Source: a virus (Duplodnaviria; Heunggongvirae; Uroviricota; Caudoviricetes). From it: a stretch of DNA of 64,000 nucleotides. This document shows positions 57,319-64,000 of this stretch, piece by piece (the first letter of the stretch is position 1; each line of letters begins with the position of its first letter). Under the pieces are notes generated by a model. It did not search any database and was not told the DNA's origin. It saw only the letters and a list, made by a program, of their open reading frames with translations. The position numbers and the translations under genes are program-made. The stretch lies in IMG/VR virus record IMGVR_UViG_3300023297_000003; one strand, given 5' to 3'.

Positions 57319-58362
57319 CTACCAGTCATCGTCCTCGTCGTCATAACGGTCAGGATCTTGGCCCCCAGGCAGATGCGCCTGGGGAATGGCACCCCGCTGA
57401 TTGTTTACATCTCCCGGAGCGTGTCTGTAAACTACCAGCCGCCCCTGGAGCATCGCGTCATTAATAATCGCTGGGAGCGATTCTAGCGTGAAATAGTTGT
57501 CCCCCTTCTCACCGTGGTGGTCGTTCAAGCAAACACCCGAGTCAACGATTCGCAGGGTTCGCTTCTCCACAACACATTCCAGCCGCCTGTGCAGGTAACG
57601 ATACTGGACAACCATCCAGGCCCCGTTGTTGTGAGGGCGGGCATCCAGTAGGGTTGCGCCCGAAACACCCAGTGCGGCCCTGCAGGCGGCGCTGAAGTCC
57701 ACTGCTGCCAGTGCCCTGCGTCCGGCACCCGTACTGGCATCCTTCATGGCCTGTCGGAGCTTCTCCTCCGCAATGGTCTTCTTCTCCTCCTCAGCCCTCC
57801 GTGCAGCCGCTTCAGCCTCCCGGCGTTCGGCTTCGACACGCTGGAAGGAGAGCCACCGGAAAGCGAGATCCAAGGCGGGTGTCACTCCGGCCACATGCGC
57901 CACGGAGTCTAATCGATCCTGGTAGGCCACTTCGACCTCCATCTCAGGACCGACAGGGAACTCCTGTCGTATGTAAACGTGGGCGTTCCCCGTCTCAGTG
58001 GAGAGGGGGATCACGACCGCCCTGGCAAACCTGTCCAGCCCCTGTTCCACGAGGAGTACGGAGATGGTCTGATCGATCATTTTATCGGGATCCGGGTCCA
58101 CCCGAACACCGTCAGGAATCAGTCGTTCCCCAGCGAGGTAGCCTCGGATGACCTTGTGTCCTTGCTCGAACTCGAAGTCAGGGTCAGCTGCCTTGATGAG
58201 CCGGGCAGTTCGACCCCCGGAGATCTCGAAGGTGTACCATCCAAACTCCTCGGGGAGCCGACCGGCGATACGCCAGATCTGGTCCTTGTACGCCAATCGG
58301 CGTTCCCCGAGCCAGGGGAGTACCCGCTTCTCGTTCTCTGAAAGTAAGTCCTGCCACCCCAT
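57319..58362 (-). CDS. Conserved protein of the Ubl cluster, putative E2-like
   Basis: C-terminal beta-rich domain with IVDSGVCL Cys; assigned from context only. Confidence 0.55.
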   Translation of the reverse strand: MGWQDLLSENEKRVLPWLGERRLAYKDQIWRIAGRLPEEFGWYTFEISGGRTARLIKAADPDFEFEQGHKVIRGYLAGERLIPDGVRVDPDPDKMIDQTISVLLVEQGLDRFARAVVIPLSTETGNAHVYIRQEFPVGPEMEVEVAYQDRLDSVAHVAGVTPALDLAFRWLSFQRVEAERREAEAAARRAEEEKKTIAEEKLRQAMKDASTGAGRRALAAVDFSAACRAALGVSGATLLDARPHNNGAWMVVQYRYLHRRLECVVEKRTLRIVDSGVCLNDHHGEKGDNYFTLESLPAIINDAMLQGRLVVYRHAPGDVNNQRGAIPQAHLPGGQDPDRYDDEDDDW

Positions 58363-58383
58363 GGGGAACCTCCCATGGGTCAT

Positions 58384-58410
58384 CTACTCTAAACTGTCAG
58401 TGGATGATCC
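58384..58410 (-). promoter_or_regulatory. Phage promoter GATCAT-N14-GAGTAG
   Basis: Exact motif. Confidence 0.7.
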
Positions 58411-58486
58411 CCTAGTATGTCACAGGGGATCCTCTGAGGGCTTTCCTGACAAGAGTCCTTGTGGGAGTTAACGACCTTGGCCTTAG

Positions 58487-59038
58487 CTAGGGCTTCCGAG
58501 GTGCACTCTCTGCAACTGCCCATCCCAGGAGCTTCCTAACTTCTGTCGCTTTGCTCTCCTCCTTCCTCACAGTGGTGTACGCTTTGTTCCATTCCTTGCG
58601 CGAAAGTTCCCTTGCTTCTGGGTGCTTTTGTCGGTCGAGTTTACCGAGGATCTTCCCGGCCTTAGTTTCAGCGTCCTTGGCTTCCTCAAAGATCTTCACC
58701 AACTGACCATGGTCATGTTTGTTTATGAGACTATGCACGATCCTCCTAGACACAGGGAGATGCGCCCTAAAACTCGCCATGGAAGGCACTTTTTCGAAAA
58801 GCTTTTTAAGGGTAGGGTTTTTGTTGTACAGTCCTGCGACGTCTCCTTTACCCGGAAACCTTTTGGGCTTCTCTTCAGGAACCTTACCACCCCCGCCACC
58901 AGAAGGACTCTTAACTGTATGCCTGTGCCTGTCTGCCTTGGGGTGTTCCTGGAGATACTTCTTCAGAGCCTCCTCAGAAGGAAACTCCGTAGCCAACATC
59001 TCCCTATACTCAGCAGCAGTCATCAGTTTCATCCCCAA
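58487..59038 (-). CDS. Basic protein with FPxExxxxxYLxxHPxAD module
   Basis: Module shared with 7882-11412. Confidence 0.7.
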   Translation of the reverse strand: MGMKLMTAAEYREMLATEFPSEEALKKYLQEHPKADRHRHTVKSPSGGGGGKVPEEKPKRFPGKGDVAGLYNKNPTLKKLFEKVPSMASFRAHLPVSRRIVHSLINKHDHGQLVKIFEEAKDAETKAGKILGKLDRQKHPEARELSRKEWNKAYTTVRKEESKATEVRKLLGWAVAESAPRKP

Positions 59039-59089
59039 GTCCCTCCCAGGTGTTTGTCATCAGGGAGGGATTATAACAAGAAAACCGAA

Positions 59090-61024
59090 CTAGGCCCAGA
59101 AGGGCTTCTGGAGCAATGAGGTCTCAAGAATTTCCTGGAGCAGGGACTTCCGATGCTTCACCGGGGCATCCTGCTTCGTCGTCCCCACCGGCGTGGTGGA
59201 GATCAAGTTCCGCAGGGTCCGGGTCACGGCGTAGGGGTCATCCGTGTTGAACAGCGCTTCCTCGATCTGGAAGCAGGGGATCCCCATCCTGGTGGCCGTG
59301 TCCTGAACGTAGGTACCGTTATGGCCCATCATGCCCTTCACCTTCAGAAGGCCTATGGCCACCGGACGGACACCATGCCGGTCGCAAACGTTGATGACCC
59401 GGTCGCTGGGGTACTCACCCTCGTCACCCACGAAGAGGAACAGTGCGTCCTCCTCCGGGCCGGGCTTGTGGCTCTTCAGCAGCACATCCACCCCAGTGGC
59501 GTGGCACGTCCCACCCGCTGCCTGATGCCCCCGGAACGCCTGTTCCACTGCCCCGGCAGAAGCCGCCTTGATGGTGATCTCCATACCGATGGTGTTGAAC
59601 ACCGAAACGTGCAGGCGATCCAGCGGGAAGCCCCCGAGGAACTTCTTAAGGTAGCCCTTCGCCGCCTGGATGGCACCCTGCATGGAACCGGACTTGTCCA
59701 CAATGACGTAGACCCGCAGGCCCCTGGTGACTTCCTCCATCGCCTTCTTCGTGGCCGTGTCCGCTGCACCCTGGAGTTTCTCCACGGTCTCGGTCTTCCG
59801 CACACGGCGAGCGATGTTGGTGGCACGCTGGTTGTCCGCAGCCGCCAGGGCCTTATCGTGCTTGGCCTGGATGTCGGGCAGCTTCAGGAGTTCCATGTCC
59901 TCCAGCGTCGGCGTCAGGATGATCAGGTCGGCATTGGACATGCAACCGTTCAGGACAGCCGCCGCAACAATGGCACGGGTGAGACCCCCGAGGTATCCTT
60001 TGGGATACGGTTTGTCAGTATCCTTCGGAAGCGGGGGCGGAAGCTTTCCAACGATCAGCTTCCAGTTGGGCTTGTCCTTGGCGATGCGGTTGCAGATCTG
60101 CCGTTCGGACAAACCCTCCCAGGTGTCAGCCTTCTTGACCTTCGCACCAATGGCAATGGTCCGACGACCGTCCTTGGCCTGTTCCTGCTTCCACCGCAGG
60201 ATCTCGAAGAACTGCGGGGACGTCGGCTTGTACCCGACCCGCTGGGCGAGCCGGATCACGGAAGTACGGAAACCCGCACGGACGAGACCATTCAGGAGCT
60301 TGATGTTCTCCTCACGGTACCGAAGCCACTTTGTCACGAGCTTCAGGTAGCGCCCGTAGAACGGCTTCCGAGCGGAGTGGCCGAAGCCGAGATCCCTGTT
60401 GATCTGTGCTACCCCCGGCACAGCCAGCACGTCACCGAGCCGGAGCAGGAGCTTGGGGTTGAAATCGTGCTTGCCCCGGATCAGGCACATGGCCTCCCCG
60501 ACCGCACGGTAGTCATCATCCAAGAGATCCGGCTCACCCGCTACGGGTTCCCCGAAACGGTTCTGGCAGAGCATGAACGCCGCCAGGATGACCTTCATGT
60601 CCCGGTGGTCACGGGGGAAGGCCCAGGACGCCCAGTGAGCGGCAAACTCGTTGTCCGCCTTCCACACCTCTGCGACCTGCTGGTACATCCAGGTGACTAC
60701 CTCCGGGAACAGACCCGGCTTGCGGTACTCACCAAGGATCTTCCGTCCGCTGACGATCTTGCCGTCGTCCCGAAGGATGCCGATTTTGGTCTTGACGGAT
60801 TTACGAGCCACCTTCGTCAGGCGGTAGACGACCTTCTCCTGTTTGCCCTTGTCACCCTCTAGCTTCCAGGAGATCGGCTCCCACTTGACGCCGACCTTGG
60901 AGGTCGTGTCCGGGGAAACCATCCCCGGCCTCCCATGATAAAGGTGATCGAGATGAGTGGTCAGGGACTGAATCGCTCGTTCAGCCGGGCCAAGACCCTC
61001 AATCCGTGCTTCTTGCTCATTCAT
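59090..61024 (-). CDS. Ro60/TROVE-like helical domain plus vWA protein
   Basis: ~430 aa basic helical N-terminus; C-terminal vWA VIVDKSGSM, GGT, VGDE; adjacent Y-like RNAs. vWA is certain, TROVE is inferred. Confidence 0.7.
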   Translation of the reverse strand: MNEQEARIEGLGPAERAIQSLTTHLDHLYHGRPGMVSPDTTSKVGVKWEPISWKLEGDKGKQEKVVYRLTKVARKSVKTKIGILRDDGKIVSGRKILGEYRKPGLFPEVVTWMYQQVAEVWKADNEFAAHWASWAFPRDHRDMKVILAAFMLCQNRFGEPVAGEPDLLDDDYRAVGEAMCLIRGKHDFNPKLLLRLGDVLAVPGVAQINRDLGFGHSARKPFYGRYLKLVTKWLRYREENIKLLNGLVRAGFRTSVIRLAQRVGYKPTSPQFFEILRWKQEQAKDGRRTIAIGAKVKKADTWEGLSERQICNRIAKDKPNWKLIVGKLPPPLPKDTDKPYPKGYLGGLTRAIVAAAVLNGCMSNADLIILTPTLEDMELLKLPDIQAKHDKALAAADNQRATNIARRVRKTETVEKLQGAADTATKKAMEEVTRGLRVYVIVDKSGSMQGAIQAAKGYLKKFLGGFPLDRLHVSVFNTIGMEITIKAASAGAVEQAFRGHQAAGGTCHATGVDVLLKSHKPGPEEDALFLFVGDEGEYPSDRVINVCDRHGVRPVAIGLLKVKGMMGHNGTYVQDTATRMGIPCFQIEEALFNTDDPYAVTRTLRNLISTTPVGTTKQDAPVKHRKSLLQEILETSLLQKPFWA

Positions 61025-61661
61025 GGTGTCTCCTGCTTTGTCTGTTTGTCCGAAGGCGATGACAGATGGCACACACCACATCGCACTTGGCTATCTCATC
61101 TAATAGTAATTGCTTGGACCCACAAAAGACCATGCTGGAAATTTTGGCCACCTTGGTTTTCGGGTCTCTGTGATCAAAGTCCATGGCACAGGCAGGAAAG
61201 GAACAACCACAGTCCTGACAGGGTTGATTTTTAGCCTGGGCTGCGATCTTTTGGAGTTTGGTTCTCTGACGACGGTTGTTCTTCAGGTAAGGAACCCGAT
61301 CCTTTCGGTATTGTCGTAAACGGTGTTCCCTTTGGCAGTCCCGACAACGAGAAAGGCGACGCAACAGCGACTCGTTTTTGAAAGCAAAGGTGCTAATCGG
61401 AAGCTCTCTCTGACAATCAGGACAAACCCTGGTGCTCGGTTCCACAATTAATCCAGCGGTCACGGCTTGCCTGCGAGCGTCCAGCAGACGTTGTTGCTCC
61501 CGTCTGTACTGGGCTTTATCCTGACGAGCATACCGCTGCGCCCGGTACATCCTGTCACACTCCTGACACTTGGAGATCCTGTATCCCTTTGCTTTTACCT
61601 TGACTCGGAATTCATCAAGGGGGAAGGCACCCCCACAACCTGTACAAATTTTTATGCCCAT
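61017..61661 (-). CDS. HNH homing endonuclease
   Basis: Two CxxC..CxxC fingers; CQDCG..MDFDHRD..KCDVVCAICHRLR. Confidence 0.88.
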   Translation of the reverse strand: MGIKICTGCGGAFPLDEFRVKVKAKGYRISKCQECDRMYRAQRYARQDKAQYRREQQRLLDARRQAVTAGLIVEPSTRVCPDCQRELPISTFAFKNESLLRRLSRCRDCQREHRLRQYRKDRVPYLKNNRRQRTKLQKIAAQAKNQPCQDCGCSFPACAMDFDHRDPKTKVAKISSMVFCGSKQLLLDEIAKCDVVCAICHRLRTNRQSRRHHE

Positions 61662-61779
61662 CAACTGCCTCCGACTACCCGGCACACAATAGACATTACA
61701 GGTTGTGTTCCATGTGATCAAACGAACACCTCTAATTCGAGAGCTGATGCAAAACATCTGCTCCCCCGTTCACATTGGT

Positions 61780-61806
61780 CTACTCGGCAGTCTCTCCTGA
61801 TGATCA
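61780..61806 (-). promoter_or_regulatory. Phage promoter GATCAT-N14-GAGTAG
   Basis: Exact motif. Confidence 0.7.
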
Positions 61807-61817
61807 CAGTGAGACGA

Positions 61818-61843
61818 CAAAAGGGGAGGTTGCCCTCCCCTTT
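61818..61843 (-). terminator. Intrinsic terminator ending the ncRNA array
   Basis: GGGGAGG-GCAA-CCTCCCC-TTTT. Confidence 0.8.
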
Positions 61844-61852
61844 CGGGTGTAA

Positions 61853-61940
61853 CTGAACGTGCGAGGAGCCGAGCGGAACTTGCGATGGTAACAGGGCGGA
61901 CCCCGTTGGTGCTTGTATGCTCGACAGGCTGCACGTCCAA
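61853..61940 (-). ncRNA. Y-RNA-like element E5 (no tRNA core)
   Basis: GGACGTGC-AGCCT-GTCGAGC-ATACAAG...GCTCGGC-TCCTC-GCACGTTC. Confidence 0.75.
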
Positions 61941-61955
61941 ACTGAATATCAAATA

Positions 61956-62106
61956 GAGGACATCCGAGTGAGTGAGCGTGTTACCAGTTCCCCTTCCCGC
62001 CGGGTCGGGGGACTGCGGACTGGAATTGAACCAGTAACTTTCAGATTATGAGTCTGATGCTCGACCAATTGAGCTACCTTGTGTGCTCACTCTGATGGAT
62101 GCCCTC
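61956..62106 (-). ncRNA. Y-RNA-like element E4, tRNA core with CAT anticodon
   Basis: D, anticodon and T arms enclosed by a bulged terminal stem; no acceptor stem. Confidence 0.8.
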
Positions 62107-62165
62107 AAGTGCGAAGCCAGGATTTGAACCTGGCTCAAAGCCGGAGTTACCTCCTCCCATCCGCA
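62107..62165 (-). ncRNA. Mini-tRNA-like spacer S3
   Basis: TGCGGA/TTCGCA stem plus CCAGG-TTCAAAT-CCTGG T arm. Confidence 0.65.
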
Positions 62166-62174
62166 GTTCGTACC

Positions 62175-62316
62175 AAAAGCACCCGAGTAGGCGAACGTTG
62201 TTTACAATCCCTTGCGAGATCGTGGAATCGGATTCGAACCGATCACCTTCAGCTTTGCAGGCTGATGCTCTATCCAGATGAGCTATCCTTGTATGTTCGC
62301 CTGGATGGGTGCCCTT
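62175..62316 (-). ncRNA. Y-RNA-like element E3, tRNA core with GCA anticodon
   Basis: Same architecture and ATACAAGG / ACTC motifs. Confidence 0.8.
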
Positions 62317-62388
62317 GGTGCAGACGTCAGGAGTCGAACCTGAAGACGTGGGCAAACACGTCATCCCGCCTGTGCCGGGATTACTGCA
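62316..62388 (-). ncRNA. Aberrant tRNA-like spacer S2 ending ACCA
   Basis: 6-bp D-like arm, 6-nt anticodon loop, T arm, CCA. Confidence 0.65.
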
Positions 62389-62392
62389 TGAA

Positions 62393-62454
62393 GCGGCAAG
62401 TCAGGAATTGAACCCGAAAAGGTTGCATGCACCTTTTGACCACAACTGTACCGC
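62393..62454 (-). ncRNA. Mini-tRNA-like spacer S1
   Basis: GCGGTA/TGCCGC stem plus T arm TTCAATT. Confidence 0.6.
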
Positions 62455-62459
62455 AAATA

Positions 62460-62591
62460 AAGGACGCACGAGGTGACGTGCTGTGTTTGGTGGAAAGAAA
62501 CGGAATTGAACCGTTAACCTTCGGAATGTAAATCCGATGCTCTACCAATTGAGCTATCATACCTTGTAAGCACGTCTGATTGTGCGCCCTT
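62460..62591 (-). ncRNA. Y-RNA-like element E2, tRNA core with TAC anticodon
   Basis: Same architecture, TTACAAGG / ACCTC motifs. Confidence 0.8.
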
Positions 62592-62593
62592 AG

Positions 62594-62727
62594 TCGGGGA
62601 GCCAGGATTCGAACCTGGGCAGCGTGTATGCTTCCCTTGATGGACCCGTAAAGGTCCGAGGTGAGAAGCGGGGTTGCTTTTGGCTTTCTCTAAATGAAAG
62701 TGCTCTACCAGACTGAGCTACCCCCCG
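62594..62727 (-). ncRNA. tRNA chimera E1 with permuted Y-like stem in the variable arm, anticodon TTA
   Basis: CGGGGGG/CTCCCCG acceptor; GCTTCTC-ACCTC-GGACC..GGGTCC-ATCAA-GGGAAGC-ATACAC insert. Confidence 0.8.
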
Positions 62728-62794
62728 ATACTAAGTAAAACTGACTATCAAAGAACCCGTGAATCCGTCCAGGGCTGTCCCTATCATACCTGTA

Positions 62795-62820
62795 CTACTC
62801 CACCGAACGCAAGATGATCC
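62795..62820 (-). promoter_or_regulatory. Phage promoter (N13 variant) for the ncRNA array; boxA-like GTTCTTTGA follows at ~62747-62755
   Basis: GGATCAT-N13-GAGTAG. Confidence 0.65.
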
Positions 62821-62866
62821 TGGTTTCGGAAAGTTTTTCAACTTTCCTGGCGTCCTTTCACCGCCG

Positions 62867-64000
62867 TTAACGCTCTGCCGAAACAGAGTGACGTACCCGA
62901 CCAGTTATTGGGTACGATTCGCCCCCAGGAATCTCGCCTGGGTTACCATGCATGCCTGCAATATTACAGGAACCGATGGCAGGGCTGTGAGCCCAACTAT
63001 TCTTCGGCCTCAGGAACTCGTCCCTCAACCACGACCAAGCTCTCGGACGTAAAGTATGCTTTCGGGATCTTCCTTCCAGGTTTACCCGAGAACCCCCACG
63101 ACCTGTTAACTTGTCCGTAAAACGTTGACTCTCCAAATAACCCATACCCCTGCGAGCTATCACTAGCGCAGCAGCAGTGTGAACATTCAAAGAGTACATG
63201 TCCTGATACTTCAGTTTTCCCAGCACCGAAGTAAACGCTGGGTTAACCTCGACAACTTCGACACCCATCTTCACAGCACGAGACTTGATTGCTTCCAGCA
63301 TCTGACGATGAAGGAAATTGGATCTCATACGATTGAACTTCTTGTTCTTCTGTTTACCTGCCCGAAAACGTAGTTCCTCAAGAACAAGAGGCTTCTTTGT
63401 TAAGAAGGCAAACAAAACGACCCGAACCGCAAGTTGCCGAATGTCATAGGTCTGTTTTTCGGATTTGGCGAAACGAATCCTCTGTTCCTTTTCATAGTGA
63501 TGGTGAACAAGCTGTCCCTGAGAGTTCGTTTCAACAATAGCAAGACCGTCAGGGTTGCAGTCGATACCAATGGTTCCCTGACTAACAGGTTTCGTTACGA
63601 TCTGTGGGGTTTCAAATTCTGAGGAAATCTTGACCTCAATCTGACCCTTACGGTAGATAAGTCTCACGTCGTAGCAGTCTGGATTGAACTCAAACTTGTC
63701 AGGCATCCAGAACTTGCCCTCAATCCAACGACCTCGTTCCGAAGGGTCGTTAACGAGGATTCGGTTACCCACTATACGGATGTTAGGATTCCCTCGCTTG
63801 GTTTTGTCTCCTCGGGAATAGAGTTGTGAGTTACGCCTCTGTTGCCATTCCCCCTTGGAGATCTTGCCTTTTTGGAGGTCTCTCCAAGCTGGTTTGCCTC
63901 CGAAAATTACCGAGGGGGTGTTTCTCTTTTGGGCAGCGAGGCCGCAAGCGTCTCCAACATACCGTTGGTTTAGGCCAGCCATGTAGTTTCCCTTGATGGC
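62867..64000 (-). CDS. tnpB: TnpB-related nuclease, paralog of 35644-36927 (5' end outside window)
   Basis: Near-identical motifs; shared 3' end GGCGGTGAAAGGACGCCAG..GAAACCAGG. Confidence 0.9.
   Translation of the reverse strand, partial: AIKGNYMAGLNQRYVGDACGLAAQKRNTPSVIFGGKPAWRDLQKGKISKGEWQQRRNSQLYSRGDKTKRGNPNIRIVGNRILVNDPSERGRWIEGKFWMPDKFEFNPDCYDVRLIYRKGQIEVKISSEFETPQIVTKPVSQGTIGIDCNPDGLAIVETNSQGQLVHHHYEKEQRIRFAKSEKQTYDIRQLAVRVVLFAFLTKKPLVLEELRFRAGKQKNKKFNRMRSNFLHRQMLEAIKSRAVKMGVEVVEVNPAFTSVLGKLKYQDMYSLNVHTAAALVIARRGMGYLESQRFTDKLTGRGGSRVNLEGRSRKHTLRPRAWSWLRDEFLRPKNSWAHSPAIGSCNIAGMHGNPGEIPGGESYPITGRVRHSVSAER

Noticed and set aside
59153-60862. Long antisense ORFs (e.g. 569 aa here; also 34061-35101, 49950-50894, 39830-40891)
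   Set aside because: They are shadows of high-GC genes with clear motifs on the opposite strand.
61956-62591. Ordinary tRNA-Met/Cys/Val genes or simple pseudo-tRNAs
   Set aside because: They have no acceptor stem, and the same alternative closing motif recurs in each copy.
1-64000. CRISPR array or Cas12f system near the TnpB genes
   Set aside because: No direct repeat-spacer array was seen; the 62 kb repeats conserve structure, not sequence.
1-64000. Stop-codon reassignment
   Set aside because: Recognisable genes are full length in the standard code and end at TAA, TAG and TGA.

Overview
This is a 64 kb segment of a GC-rich jumbo (huge) bacteriophage genome using the standard genetic code. 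The left part (1-18 kb) holds clamp-loader subunits (HolA/HolB-like), a sigma/HTH-like regulator, probable virion-internal proteins that share short repeated modules, a C39 peptidase and a GroEL chaperonin. The middle and right hold 30 recognisable tRNA genes in two convergent blocks (17 on +, 13 on -), a tmRNA, Pth2, RNase Z, RNase HII, an adenine methyltransferase, NADAR and a MoxR/CobS-type AAA+ with a vWA partner. There are also many free-standing homing endonucleases, five TnpB genes and one TnpB remnant; no TnpA and no CRISPR array were seen. The main candidates for new biology are: (1) a 31-codon leader-peptide attenuator upstream of the + strand tRNA operon, whose codons sample 15 of the 17 tRNAs encoded downstream; (2) an array of Y-RNA-like tRNA chimeras punctuated by mini-tRNAs, upstream of a Ro/TROVE-like vWA gene and a ubiquitin-like (Ubl/JAB/E1/putative E2) cluster; (3) homing endonucleases that appear to truncate a resident tRNA and supply a replacement; (4) several unassigned structured RNAs, including a ~450 nt one; (5) a phage promoter motif GATCAT-N14-GAGTAG in 17 copies. 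All calls come from reading motifs by eye; no searches were run.
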